Assembly: GCA_027315165.1 (NCBI GenBank)
Contig: DAHUYN010000003.1
Coordinates: forward strand, 27,990-91,989
Reading direction: 5' to 3'
Length of the DNA stretch: 64,000 bases
From: Thermoplasmata archaeon
Lineage (GTDB): Archaea; Thermoplasmatota; Thermoplasmata; Lutacidiplasmatales; UBA184
Shown here: one piece after another, positions 8,685 through 17,868 of the stretch
Layout of the letters: each line of letters begins with the position of its first letter
How positions within the stretch are numbered: the first letter of the stretch is position 1
Program-made: the position numbers and the translations under genes
Notes under the pieces: model-generated
What the model was told of the DNA's origin: nothing
Databases searched by the model: none
What the model saw: the letters and a program-made list of their open reading frames with translations, nothing else

Positions 8685-9830
8685 GTGATTCGGTTCGGAC
8701 CTGCAGGGATACCCCTCTCCTGTAAGGGTCGCACCCTCCGGGACGGGATCGCCGACGTCCACCACCTCGGCCTCACGGCGATGGAGGTCCAGTTCATCAA
8801 GGTGAACCCGCTCACGCGCGTCGTCCTCGACGAGGAGGTCGGCAAGACCCCCCGCGAGCTCGTCCAGCAGCTCGTCGTCGGCGTGGGCGGCAAGGAGGAC
8901 CGCCCGGACGAGCCGAGGGCGGCGGCGATGGTCGAGCCGCTCAAGCGGCGCGACACGCTGACGACGCTCACCTGGAGCCTCGCCAAGGACTACCCCGACC
9001 TCCAGCAGACCAAGGCGCTCGCCCGCGCCCTCGACGTCGACCTGACGCTCCACGCGCCGTACTACGTCGACTTCTTCGGCAGCTCGGAGGCCCGGGAGCG
9101 GTCGGTCCGCCAGCTGCAGTGGGCGACCGTCCTCGCCGAGGGGCTCGGCGCGCGCCTGACGGTGACCCACCTCGGCTTCTACGGCCCGATGGAGCGGGTC
9201 GAGAGCGTGCGCGAGCTCACCGAGATCGCCCGCGGCGTGACCGAGTGGATGCACGCCTACACGAAGGGCTCGGTCCGGCTCGGCATCGAGCCGAGCGGCC
9301 ACCCCGATGTCTTCGGCTCCCGCGAGGAGGTCCTCGAGCTGGCCCGTCGTGTCAAGGGGATCGTGCCGGTGCTCAACCTTCCGCATCTCGCCGCGCGCGA
9401 GCGGACCACCTTCGAGGACCCCGAGCAGCTCCGGCCCGTGATCCAGCAGTTCGTCGAGGCGAGCGGCGGCGAGCTCTACCTCAACTTCTCGGGGGTCGAG
9501 TTCTACGGCCCCGGAGAGTTCCGCCTCGCCCCGATCAAGCGAGGGCAGCTGCGGTTCGATCCTCTCGCGGAGGTCCTCGCGGACCGCGACTACGACGTCA
9601 CCGTCATCTCGAGCTCGCCGCTCCTCGAGCACGACGGGATGTACATGAAGCTCCTCTACGAGCGCTCGCTCACGCGACGCTGGACCCGCCGGCACGCTCC
9701 GTCGGCGGCGAAGCCGGCGCGGCCGCCCGCCGCGCACGCCAAGCCGGCGGCCCGTCCGCCGGTCGCGGCCAAGCGCCCGGTGGCGGCGACGGCGAAGGGA
9801 GGACGGTCCCATGGCCACCGTGCCCGCTAG
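8685..9830 (+). CDS. xylose-isomerase-like TIM-barrel / AP-endonuclease-2 family protein with Lys/Pro/Ala-rich C-terminal tail
   Basis: 381 aa. The N-terminus MIRFGPAGIP resembles the Nfo/sugar-phosphate-isomerase TIM-barrel family. The C-terminus AAKPARPPAAHAKPAARPPVAAKRPVAATAKGG is low-complexity. GTG start. Confidence 0.5.
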   Translation: MIRFGPAGIPLSCKGRTLRDGIADVHHLGLTAMEVQFIKVNPLTRVVLDEEVGKTPRELVQQLVVGVGGKEDRPDEPRAAAMVEPLKRRDTLTTLTWSLAKDYPDLQQTKALARALDVDLTLHAPYYVDFFGSSEARERSVRQLQWATVLAEGLGARLTVTHLGFYGPMERVESVRELTEIARGVTEWMHAYTKGSVRLGIEPSGHPDVFGSREEVLELARRVKGIVPVLNLPHLAARERTTFEDPEQLRPVIQQFVEASGGELYLNFSGVEFYGPGEFRLAPIKRGQLRFDPLAEVLADRDYDVTVISSSPLLEHDGMYMKLLYERSLTRRWTRRHAPSAAKPARPPAAHAKPAARPPVAAKRPVAATAKGGRSHGHRAR

Positions 9831-10380
9831 CGGGACGACGTTCGCCCCCGCCGAGCGCTACATCGGCGAGCGCGTCACCGCCTCCCTCGCCGCCATCGAC
9901 CCCGCGACGATCGCCTTGGTCGTCACGACGCTCCTCAAGGCGCCGGCGATCTTCGTCTACGGCGCGGGCCGCTCGGGGATCATCGGGCGCGCCTTTGCGA
10001 TGCGCCTCGTGCAGACGGGGCTCAGCGCCTACGTCATCGGCGAGAGCGTGACGCCGATCGTCCGCCGCGGCGACGCGGTGTTCATCCTCTCCAACCGCGG
10101 CGAGAGCCAGTCGTCGATCCAGACCGCGAACATCGTCCGCCGCGAGGGCGCCGAGCTCATCGTCGTCACCGCTCGCTCGACCTCGAAGCTCGCGCACGCG
10201 GCGAGCCGGCTCATCTCCCTCAACCTCGCCGAGGACGCCGAGCGGCCCCGCTACGCGCCCCTGGGCACGCTGTTCGAGTCCGCCTCGCTCCGTCTGACCG
10301 ACGCGCTCATCGCGGAGATCCTCGTCGCGCGCGGCGAGAGCGAGGAGACGATGCGGAGCCGACACGCCATCATGGTCTAG
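9811..10380 (+). CDS. hxlB: 6-phospho-3-hexuloisomerase (SIS domain)
   Basis: 189-aa SIS protein with FVYGAGRSGIIGRAFAMRL and the typical archaeal PHI length. Confidence 0.7.
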   Translation: MATVPASGTTFAPAERYIGERVTASLAAIDPATIALVVTTLLKAPAIFVYGAGRSGIIGRAFAMRLVQTGLSAYVIGESVTPIVRRGDAVFILSNRGESQSSIQTANIVRREGAELIVVTARSTSKLAHAASRLISLNLAEDAERPRYAPLGTLFESASLRLTDALIAEILVARGESEETMRSRHAIMV

Positions 10381-10472
10381 CGGCGCCGAGACGGCGCGGC
10401 GGTTCGGCGTCGGGGCTCCCGGCCCGTCCGTCGGGACCAACCTTTAAGGTCCGCTCGTCCTCGCCGGCGCTC

Positions 10473-10973
10473 GTGCCCAAGCGCGAGGCCTCTGCCGGGG
10501 CGACGCTCGTCCCCGTTCCGACGCGGTTCTTCGTCACGAGCGGCAAGGGGATCAACAAGACGAGCGAGCTCAACGCCTTCGACCTCGCTCTCCTGCAGGC
10601 CGGCATCGGGGAGCAGAACCTCGTCTCGGTCTCCTCCGTCCTGCCGATCGGGGTCCGGCAGGTCGAGCGGGCACCGATCGCGCGCGGCGCGATCACGCAC
10701 TGCGTCCTCGCCCGACATGGCGGAGGCGAGGGCGAGGTCATCAGCGCCGGGATCGCCTACGGCTTCCGGGCCGACGGGCAGGGCGGCTACGTCGCCGAGG
10801 GCCACCTCCACGGGACCCAGAAGTCGCTCAAGGAGTTCCTCAAGTGGCGCATGCAGGAGATCGCGCACTTCCGCGGCGTCGAGCTCCGCCGGATCCACTA
10901 CCGGACCGAGGAGCTCGTCATCCCGATGGACCACTACGGCGTCTGCATCGCCGCCTGCGTCTTCCTCCCGTAG
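10473..10973 (+). CDS. pdaD: pyruvoyl-dependent arginine decarboxylase
   Basis: FVTSGKG...SELNAFDLALLQAGI...SSVLP motifs and ~165-aa length, typical of PdaD. Confidence 0.85.
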   Translation: MPKREASAGATLVPVPTRFFVTSGKGINKTSELNAFDLALLQAGIGEQNLVSVSSVLPIGVRQVERAPIARGAITHCVLARHGGGEGEVISAGIAYGFRADGQGGYVAEGHLHGTQKSLKEFLKWRMQEIAHFRGVELRRIHYRTEELVIPMDHYGVCIAACVFLP

Positions 10974-10997
10974 GGCCGCGACGCCGGCAGGGCCCGG

Positions 10998-11333
10998 CTA
11001 CAGCAGCTTACGGAACAGGAGCTTGTCCTCGAGGCGGCCGTCGATCGTGAGCTTGCGGAGGACGATCGCCTTCATCGGCCCCACCTCCTTGCGCACGAGA
11101 CCCTCGAAGGTCGCGCGGTCCGTCGTGATCGTGAGGTCGGCGTGCTCGGCGACGCCCGTCCTCAGGTTCTGGAGCCGTCCCTCGCGGAGCTCGACCGAGT
11201 AGCTCGCCTCGTCGGTGAGGCGCACGACAACGGTCCGCGAGAGCTGCGCGAGCTCCGCCTGGACCGACGGCGTCCTCGCGGCGTGGGCGTTGAACCGCTC
11301 GACGAGCGAGGCGAGCGTCTCGGCGACGGTCAT
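10998..11333 (-). CDS. SCP2 sterol-carrier-like domain protein
   Basis: 111 aa with an SCP-2 fold pattern (LEDKLLFRKLL C-terminus). Confidence 0.55.
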   Translation of the reverse strand: MTVAETLASLVERFNAHAARTPSVQAELAQLSRTVVVRLTDEASYSVELREGRLQNLRTGVAEHADLTITTDRATFEGLVRKEVGPMKAIVLRKLTIDGRLEDKLLFRKLL

Positions 11334-12016
11334 CGATACGCCTCGAGCGGCGGAGCCGGGCCGCGCGGCTTAAGGTTTCGGACCGTCGCCCAGCTGCTTC
11401 GCACCCAGGGCGGGAGCGTCGACGCAGAGGCCAGGAGCTCGGAGAGACAGGCGCGCGTCTCGGGATCCCCCGGGTAGCCCGAGCCGAGAGGGAGCGACGT
11501 CGCGAGCGCGAGGCGCGCGAGGGCGCGGTCCCGGGCGACCTTCGCGAGGATCGACGCGGCCCCGACGATCGGCAGGTCGCGGTCCGCGTGGTGTCGGGCG
11601 ACGACGGCCTGAGGGCCCCGTCGTGCGAGCCGCGCGACGGTGCGGCCGAACCGCTCGGCGACCGGGTCACAGGCGTCGAGGAACGCCGTCACGGGACGCG
11701 CTCGCCGGACGATGTCGGCGAAGACCTCGGCCTCGAGGTCGTTGAGGCCGCGACGACGCACGTGGGCGTCGATACGGGACGGCGGGATCGCCGCCACGAA
11801 CGGCGTGCCGAGCCGTCGAAGCTCGCGGTCGAGCTCGACGCGCCTCGCGGGCGAGAGCTCCTTGGAGTCGCGCACCCCGAGCCGCTCGAGCTCCGGCAGC
11901 GACGACGGCGCGAGCCGGAACCCCGCGACGACGAGCGGTCCGAAGACGCTCCCGCGACCCGCCTCGTCGACGCCGAGGATCCCCGACACCGCCGGGCTCT
12001 TGGGCGAGGGCGGCAC
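11330..12016 (-). CDS. rnhB: ribonuclease HII
   Basis: GVDEAGRGSVFGPLVVAG and DSKELS motifs. 4-nt overlap with the SCP2 gene. Confidence 0.85.
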   Translation of the reverse strand: MPPSPKSPAVSGILGVDEAGRGSVFGPLVVAGFRLAPSSLPELERLGVRDSKELSPARRVELDRELRRLGTPFVAAIPPSRIDAHVRRRGLNDLEAEVFADIVRRARPVTAFLDACDPVAERFGRTVARLARRGPQAVVARHHADRDLPIVGAASILAKVARDRALARLALATSLPLGSGYPGDPETRACLSELLASASTLPPWVRSSWATVRNLKPRGPAPPLEAYR

Positions 12017-12067
12017 GCCCTCGCGAGGGGCGGGAACGCCTTAAGGCTCGCCCGGCTGGACCGAGGG

Positions 12068-12961
12068 ATGACTCTCGGGGGCGTCGTCGTTCCGACGCCG
12101 ACTCTCTTCGACGCGGACGGCGGGCTCGCGTCCGAGGCGAACGCGGCCTTCCTCGAGGGGCTCGTGCGCGAGGGGATCGACCACCTGTTCGTGCTCGGCT
12201 CGCTGGGCGAGTTCGCGGCCGTCGAGGACGCGGAACGGACCCGGCTCCTCCGCGCCGCCGTGTCGGCGCTCCGCGTCGGGAGCGACCTCTGGGTCGGCGT
12301 CGGGGCCCCCTCGACCGCCCGCGCGGTGCGCTACGCCCGAGAGGCCGAGGCGCTCGGCGCGGCCGCGGTCGTCGCCGTGCCGCCCTACTACCTCCGGCCC
12401 ACCGACGCGGAGATCGCCGCCTACTACCGGGCCCTCCACGAGGCCGTGCGCCTTCCGCTCCTCGCCTACAACATCCCCTCGAAGGTCGGCTACGCCCTTC
12501 CCAAGGAGCTCGTCCATCGCCTGGCCCGCGAAGGGGTCCTCGCCGGGATCAAGGACACCGCGGGCTCCCGCGAGAGCCTCGCCCGCTTCCTCGGCGGCGC
12601 GCCGAGCGGGTTCGCCGTCCTGCCCGGCGATGACGGCCTCGCGCAGTGGGCGATCGGCAACGGCGCCGTCGGCGCGGTGATGGGGACGGCCAACGTCGTG
12701 CCGAAGCTGGCCCGCGCGCTCGTGGCGTCGACGCGGGACGGTCCGGCCGCGCGCGCCGAGTCGCTGCAGGGTCGGGTCGAGCGCCTCGTCGACGCGGTGT
12801 TCTCCGGCCCGTTCCCGGCGACCGTGAAGTTCCTGGCCCACCGCTTCCGCGGGGCCCCGGAGGGCTACCGCGCCCCGTACGGCCCCCTCACGCCTTCCGA
12901 GGTCGACACCGTCCTCGCGAAGTTCCGTCCCCTTGAGGGGGAGCTCGCCGAGTTCCGCTAG
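12068..12961 (+). CDS. DapA-family aldolase (KDG/KDPG aldolase-like or 4-hydroxy-tetrahydrodipicolinate synthase)
   Basis: ORF track 11588..12961; first ATG at 12068 after GAGGG. DHDPS/KDG-aldolase family with the Schiff-base Lys region LAGIKDTAGS. Confidence 0.75.
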   Translation: MTLGGVVVPTPTLFDADGGLASEANAAFLEGLVREGIDHLFVLGSLGEFAAVEDAERTRLLRAAVSALRVGSDLWVGVGAPSTARAVRYAREAEALGAAAVVAVPPYYLRPTDAEIAAYYRALHEAVRLPLLAYNIPSKVGYALPKELVHRLAREGVLAGIKDTAGSRESLARFLGGAPSGFAVLPGDDGLAQWAIGNGAVGAVMGTANVVPKLARALVASTRDGPAARAESLQGRVERLVDAVFSGPFPATVKFLAHRFRGAPEGYRAPYGPLTPSEVDTVLAKFRPLEGELAEFR

Positions 12962-12964
12962 CCC

Positions 12965-14056
12965 ATGCGCGCGATCGTCGTTGAGCCCCCGACCCCCGGA
13001 GCCCGCCTCGAGGACGTGCCGGACCCCGAGCCGCATCGGGGGGAGGTCGGCGTGCGCGTCCTCGAGTGCGGCGTCTGCGGCACCGACCGGGACATCGTCG
13101 CCGGGCAGTACGGGACGCCTCCGACGGGGAGCCGTCGGCTCGTGCTCGGACACGAGAACCTGGGCGCGGTCGAGGCGGTCGGCCCCGGCGTCGCCGGATG
13201 GAAGCGCGGCGACCTCGTGGTCGCGACGGTCCGCCGCGGCTGCGGCCGCTGTCGCTTCTGCCTCACCAACCAGTCCGACCTCTGCGAGACGGGCGGGTTC
13301 ACCGAGCGCGGCATCCGCGGGCGGGACGGCTACTTCGCCGAACGCTACTCCGAGGGACCCGAGTACCTCGTCCATGTCCCGGAGGCGCTGCGGGCGGTCG
13401 CGGTCCTCCTCGAGCCGCTCAGCGTCGTCGAGAAGGCCTACCACGAGGGTCGGAGCGTCCTCGACCGCCTGGGTCCGACCCCGGGCCATCCGCGGGAGAC
13501 CCCGCCCTCGGCGCTGGTCTCGGGGACCGGCGCGATCGGGATGCTCGCGAGCTTTTTGCTCCGCAGCGAGGGCTACGACGTCGTCGCGATCGACCGGCAC
13601 GGCGAGGGGACGCCGGCCGCGGCGCTCCTTCGTCGGATCGGTGCCGAGCACGTCGATGCCGCCGGCGGACTCGGTGCCCTTTCCGGCCGTCGGTTCGAGA
13701 TGGTCCTCGAAGCGTCGGGGAACGCGCCGCTCGACTTCGACCTCCTGCGAGCCCTCGCCCCGAACGGCGTCCTCGTCCTCACGGGGATCCCGCCGGCGGA
13801 CCGTCCGCCGATCTCGCTCGCCGCCGGCCAGGTCCTGCGGGACCTCGTCCTTGCGAACCAGGCGATCGTCGGCAGCGTCAACGCGAACCGCAGCTATTTC
13901 GAGCTCGGGATCCGCCACCTCTCCCGCTTCCGCAAGGCCTGGGGGGACGCCGTCGCGCGCGTGATCACATCGCGTCACGCTCTCGACGAGGCCCCCGCGC
14001 TCCTCGCGGACCGCGGCTCCGGCGCGATGAAGAACGTCCTCACGATCGCGCGCTAG
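12965..14056 (+). CDS. Zn-dependent medium-chain dehydrogenase, archaeal glucose 1-dehydrogenase-like
   Basis: CGVCGTD catalytic-Zn motif, GHENLG, and structural-Zn Cys cluster CGRCRFCLTNQSDLC. 363 aa. Confidence 0.6.
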   Translation: MRAIVVEPPTPGARLEDVPDPEPHRGEVGVRVLECGVCGTDRDIVAGQYGTPPTGSRRLVLGHENLGAVEAVGPGVAGWKRGDLVVATVRRGCGRCRFCLTNQSDLCETGGFTERGIRGRDGYFAERYSEGPEYLVHVPEALRAVAVLLEPLSVVEKAYHEGRSVLDRLGPTPGHPRETPPSALVSGTGAIGMLASFLLRSEGYDVVAIDRHGEGTPAAALLRRIGAEHVDAAGGLGALSGRRFEMVLEASGNAPLDFDLLRALAPNGVLVLTGIPPADRPPISLAAGQVLRDLVLANQAIVGSVNANRSYFELGIRHLSRFRKAWGDAVARVITSRHALDEAPALLADRGSGAMKNVLTIAR

Positions 14057-14071
14057 GCCGTCGCGCGCCCC

Positions 14072-14320
14072 TCAGCGTACCGGGCGCGTCCCGCTCAGCA
14101 CGGCGAGGATGCGTCGGGTAAGGAGGAGTTGACCCGCGACGAGACCGGCGAGGAGGATCGCATACGTCGCCGCGAGGAGAAGCGAGGGCTCGCGGAACGG
14201 AAAGCCCGCGGGAGCGAGCCCGCTCCACGCGAACAGCAGCAACGCGCCTACGGCGACCGCGAGCCACCCCACGAACCCGGGTCGGCCCCAGACGCTCGGC
14301 GGACGGACGGGTGCGGTCAT
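14072..14320 (-). CDS. small hypothetical membrane protein
   Basis: 82-aa ORF with two hydrophobic helices. Weak evidence. Confidence 0.25.
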   Translation of the reverse strand: MTAPVRPPSVWGRPGFVGWLAVAVGALLLFAWSGLAPAGFPFREPSLLLAATYAILLAGLVAGQLLLTRRILAVLSGTRPVR

Positions 14321-14415
14321 CCGGACCCCGAAGGGACGGACCGGTATAAGGCCGCGGCGTCGGGGCGTACCGACGCGCCGGCGGGGCCCGGCGCGCGATC
14401 AGGGCCCGCAACGCG

Positions 14416-14430
14416 GTAATCTCTTATAGC
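14416..14430 (+). promoter_or_regulatory. TATA-like box (TAATCTCTTATAG) upstream of rps8e
   Basis: AT-rich box ~35-40 nt upstream of ATG 14463 in otherwise GC-rich DNA. Confidence 0.5.
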
Positions 14431-14462
14431 GCGCCCAACTCCGAGCGACCCACCTCGGGACC

Positions 14463-14864
14463 ATGGGGATCTGGCAAGCACGCTCGCGACGCAAACCGAC
14501 CGGGGGCCGGCTGAGGCCCATCCGGAAGAAGCGGCGCTTCGAGATCGCCCGTGAGCTCCAGCAGGCCGTCGTCGGCACGGGGACGGTGAAGCGCTACCGG
14601 GTCCGGGGCGCCAACCAGAAGCTCCGCATCCTCACCGCGAGCACGATCAACGTCTTCGACCCCGCGACGAAGACGAACAAGGTCGCGCAGATCGTGACCG
14701 TCCGCGAGAACCCGGCGAACCCCAACTACGTCCAGCGCAACATCATCACGAAGGGCGCGATCGTCGAGACCGACCTCGGGCTCGTCCGCATCCGCTCGCG
14801 CCCGGGCCAGGACGGCGTCCTCAACGGGGTCCGCCTCGCCACGCCCGCGGCCACGACGAAGTAG
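14463..14864 (+). CDS. rps8e: 30S ribosomal protein S8e
   Basis: N-terminus MGIWQARSRRKPTGGR and length match S8e. Confidence 0.9.
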   Translation: MGIWQARSRRKPTGGRLRPIRKKRRFEIARELQQAVVGTGTVKRYRVRGANQKLRILTASTINVFDPATKTNKVAQIVTVRENPANPNYVQRNIITKGAIVETDLGLVRIRSRPGQDGVLNGVRLATPAATTK

Positions 14865-14885
14865 GCGCGCGGCGCTCTCCGCGGG

Positions 14886-15185
14886 ATGCCGGACCACTTC
14901 TTCGTCTACCCGGCCTATCTCGACCGGGGCCTGGCCCGCGCGATGGGCCGTCGGGTCCCCGCGGCCGAGGGCGTCACCGAGGTGACCGTCGACGAGATCG
15001 TTGCGGCCGCGCAGGCGCTCGGTCTCAAGGCGACGGCCGAACCCGACAAGCAGTACCCGAGGACGTTCTTCACCTACGGCGGCCGGGTGCGGGTCGCCAA
15101 GCGCGAGGGCGTCACGAAGGCGGGCTTCCTGCGGGAGCTCGCGCAAGAGATCGCCCGGCGCCGAGGGACGGCACGGAAGGGCTAG
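14886..15185 (+). CDS. srp19: signal recognition particle 19 kDa protein
   Basis: FVYPAYLD...GRRVP motif; 99 aa. Confidence 0.85.
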   Translation: MPDHFFVYPAYLDRGLARAMGRRVPAAEGVTEVTVDEIVAAAQALGLKATAEPDKQYPRTFFTYGGRVRVAKREGVTKAGFLRELAQEIARRRGTARKG

Positions 15186-15980
15186 ATGGAGGAACCGGGG
15201 ACCGTCTACTTCACGGGCACGGCCGGGGCCGGCAAGACCCGCCTCGTCCAGGCCTACCAGTCCTGGATGAAGTCCGCCGGCTACGACGCGATCACGGTCA
15301 ACCTCGACCCGGGGAACGAGTCGGAGAAGTTCACACCCGACGTCGACATCCGCGAGTGGGTCCGGCTCTCGGACGTGATGGACGAGTACGGGCTCGGTCC
15401 GAACGGGGCGCAGGTCGCCGCGAGCGACCTGATCGCGATCCGCATCTTCGAGGTCAAGCAGGCGGTCCAGGAGCTGAAGACCGACTACGTCCTCGTCGAC
15501 ACGCCGGGCCAAGTGGAGCTGTTCGCGTTCCGCGAGTCCTCGAAGGCGATCGTCGACGCGCTGAGCGGGGACCGCTCCGCGATCGCCTTCCTCTTCGACC
15601 CGGCGCTCGCCAAGAGCCCGAGCGGCTTCGTCTCCCTCCTCCTGCTCTCGGCGACGGTGGAGTTCCGCTTCCGCCTCCCGATGGTGAACCTCCTCTCCAA
15701 GGTCGACCTGCTCACACCCGAGCAGCGCGAGGAAGTCACCTCCTGGGGGGACGACACCGAGCAGCTCCTCGCGGCGCTCGACCGCGATGCGCCGACGCCG
15801 GACGTCCAGCTCTCCTCCGAGACCCTCCGGGCGATCTCGGCGCTCTCCCCGCTGGCTTCGCTGCTCCCGACCTCCGCGGAGGACGGGAGGGGGCTCGAGT
15901 CGATCTACCAGGCCGCCCAGCGGATCTTCGGGTCGAGCGAGGACATCGAGCCTTCGCAGGCGCCGCCCGAGGACCCCTAG
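15186..15980 (+). CDS. GPN-loop GTPase
   Basis: P-loop GTAGAGKT, GPN motif LGPNGA, and DTPGQVELF. Confidence 0.85.
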   Translation: MEEPGTVYFTGTAGAGKTRLVQAYQSWMKSAGYDAITVNLDPGNESEKFTPDVDIREWVRLSDVMDEYGLGPNGAQVAASDLIAIRIFEVKQAVQELKTDYVLVDTPGQVELFAFRESSKAIVDALSGDRSAIAFLFDPALAKSPSGFVSLLLLSATVEFRFRLPMVNLLSKVDLLTPEQREEVTSWGDDTEQLLAALDRDAPTPDVQLSSETLRAISALSPLASLLPTSAEDGRGLESIYQAAQRIFGSSEDIEPSQAPPEDP

Positions 15981-15990
15981 TGCCGCGACC

Positions 15991-16016
15991 ACAAACGTCG
16001 TCGGACGTTGTGGGGG
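15991..16016. repeat. imperfect inverted repeat / hairpin (CCACAAACGTC..GACGTTGTGG) just after gpn stop
   Basis: ~10-bp stem with a 4-nt loop, read by eye. Confidence 0.4.
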
Positions 16017-16054
16017 CGGCCTGATCGCTTCCGATTGAGCTCGCGCATTGCACC

Positions 16055-16414
16055 TTGGATCGCGCCGCCGAGCTCGCGCCAGTCACGGTGGTCGGTCCCC
16101 GTCAGCGCAATCTCCCGGATCGACCGGAAGTGAAGCGGTGGGTGCTACGTCACCCGCGATTCCACTTCCACTTCGTCCCGACGAGCTCGTCGTGGCTGAA
16201 TCCGGTCGAGCGGTGGTTCAACGACCGGACGTACCGTCAGATCCGTCGGGGGACATTCCACAGCGAGTGGAAGCGGATCGACAGGTTGAAGCTCTACCTC
16301 GAGAGGTACAACGAGGTTCCTCGACCCTTCCAGTGGAGAGCCACCGCGGACGAGATTCTCATCAAGGTCACTTGGAACCGGTTAAACGTAGGTCTGGCGG
16401 GTACGGCGCACTAG
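16055..16414 (+). pseudogene. IS630/Tc1-mariner-family transposase, C-terminal DDE fragment (degraded IS remnant)
   Basis: The 119-aa ORF matches the DDE_3 C-terminus (HPRFHFHFVPTSSSWLNPVERWF is the LPPYSPDLNPIE motif). The N-terminal ~2/3 of a transposase is missing. Local GC (~58%) is below the flanking ~68%. Confidence 0.7.
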
Positions 16415-16417
16415 GGG

Positions 16418-16720
16418 CTATTCCTCGGTGAAGAACAGGCCCATGCCGGCCGCGGCGGCCTCGTCCTCGTCCTTGAACCGGCGGTAGAGCGTCTCCGCCT
16501 CGTCGTGCGGCGGCTTCTTCCCGATCGCGGCGAGGAGCGAGTCGGCCCTCGCGAGGGCCGACTCGGTCCCCTCGAGCAGGACGTAGAGCTCGCCCGCGGG
16601 TCCGCCCGTGGCGGCGGCGTCGCGGACCTTCTGGCTCTGGCGGGAGACCTGGTCGTCGGCGAGCGCCTGGTCGAGCTCGGACTTCTTCGCCGTCGGCACG
16701 AGGTAGAGCAGCCAGGCCAT
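16418..16720 (-). CDS. hypothetical protein with acidic C-terminus
   Basis: 100 aa; the tail KDEDEAAAAGMGLFFTEE; no recognised domain. Confidence 0.4.
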   Translation of the reverse strand: MAWLLYLVPTAKKSELDQALADDQVSRQSQKVRDAAATGGPAGELYVLLEGTESALARADSLLAAIGKKPPHDEAETLYRRFKDEDEAAAAGMGLFFTEE

Positions 16721-16767
16721 CGCCGGGCGGACCCGTCGGCGCTCTTAGGGGTTTCGCGTCGCGCGGC

Positions 16768-17868
16768 TCAGATCCCGAACGACGAGCGGGCCGCCATCAC
16801 CTTCGGGTCCTCGAGCCCCATCACGTCAGGGTTCCGCCCCTCGGAGACGGCGAGCCAGTAGGCCAAGAGCTGGAACGGGACGACCTGGAGGACGGGCGCG
16901 GGCAGGCGTCCGGGTGGGGGGAGCGAGAGGATCCGTTCGCCGCCCGGGCCCCCGCTCGTATCGACGAGGAGCGTCTCCGCACCGAGCAGCCGGGCCGCGT
17001 GGAGTCCCTGGAGCGCCCGGTCCCGCTCGAGCGGGGTCGACGAGATGGCGAGGACGCCGGTCCGGTCGGTGACCGAGGGAAGTACGCCGTGCAGGAGCTC
17101 CTCGACACCGACGGCGGCGCAGAACCGCCCCGACGCCTCTCGGAGCTTCAGCGCGGCCTCGCGGGCGGACGGCTCCGCCTCGCCCGACCCGACGAGGAGC
17201 AGCTGCTCCTTCGGGGCGAACCGCTCGACCATGTCGACGACGGGGTTCTCGGTCGCGAGCGCGGCCGTGAGCGCGTCACCGATCGCCTCCTCGGACCTCT
17301 CCGTGTCCCCCGGGGCGTGGGACCACGTGTCGACGAGCGCCGTCGTGGTGACGAGCGCGGCCGTGAAGCTCACGGTGTGCGTCCAGGAGGTCTCGTCGGC
17401 GTACTGCGTCAGGAGCACCCGGTCCGCGAGCGCGTGCGACGGTCCCTCGGGGTGCGAGGTGACGAGGAGCACGCGGACCTTCTGCTCGCGGAGCCGCTTC
17501 TGGGCCTCGACGGTGGCCGCCGTGTCGGCGCCGGCGGAGAACACGACCCCGACGGCCCCGGCCGCCGGTGTCCTCACGGCCTCGAGCAGGTCGAACGAGG
17601 AGAGCGCCGCGACGCGGCCGACGGCGCCGAGCGCCCGTTCGGCGCTGAATCCCGCGGCGAGCGCGGCATGGTACGAGGTCCCCTGGCCCACGAACAGGAG
17701 CTCGGAGGTCGGCGCCGGGAACGGCTCGGACGCGAGCGCCTCCGCCGTGGCGCGGTAGGAGCCGCGGGCGGCGACGGCCTGCCGTCGGATCATCTCGTGC
17801 ATGAAGTACGGATGTCGGGTCCGCCCGAACGGCGGCTGCGGCGTCTGGGGGCCGGGGAGCGTGACCAT
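16768..17868 (-). CDS. double-SIS-domain sugar-phosphate isomerase (GlmS isomerase-domain-like; glucosamine-6-P deaminase/isomerase type)
   Basis: ORF track goes to 18300; ATG 17868 (MVTLPGPQ) precedes HPYFMHEMIRRQ, the start of a GlmS-like isomerase domain. Two SIS domains and no glutaminase domain. Confidence 0.65.
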   Translation of the reverse strand: MVTLPGPQTPQPPFGRTRHPYFMHEMIRRQAVAARGSYRATAEALASEPFPAPTSELLFVGQGTSYHAALAAGFSAERALGAVGRVAALSSFDLLEAVRTPAAGAVGVVFSAGADTAATVEAQKRLREQKVRVLLVTSHPEGPSHALADRVLLTQYADETSWTHTVSFTAALVTTTALVDTWSHAPGDTERSEEAIGDALTAALATENPVVDMVERFAPKEQLLLVGSGEAEPSAREAALKLREASGRFCAAVGVEELLHGVLPSVTDRTGVLAISSTPLERDRALQGLHAARLLGAETLLVDTSGGPGGERILSLPPPGRLPAPVLQVVPFQLLAYWLAVSEGRNPDVMGLEDPKVMAARSSFGI

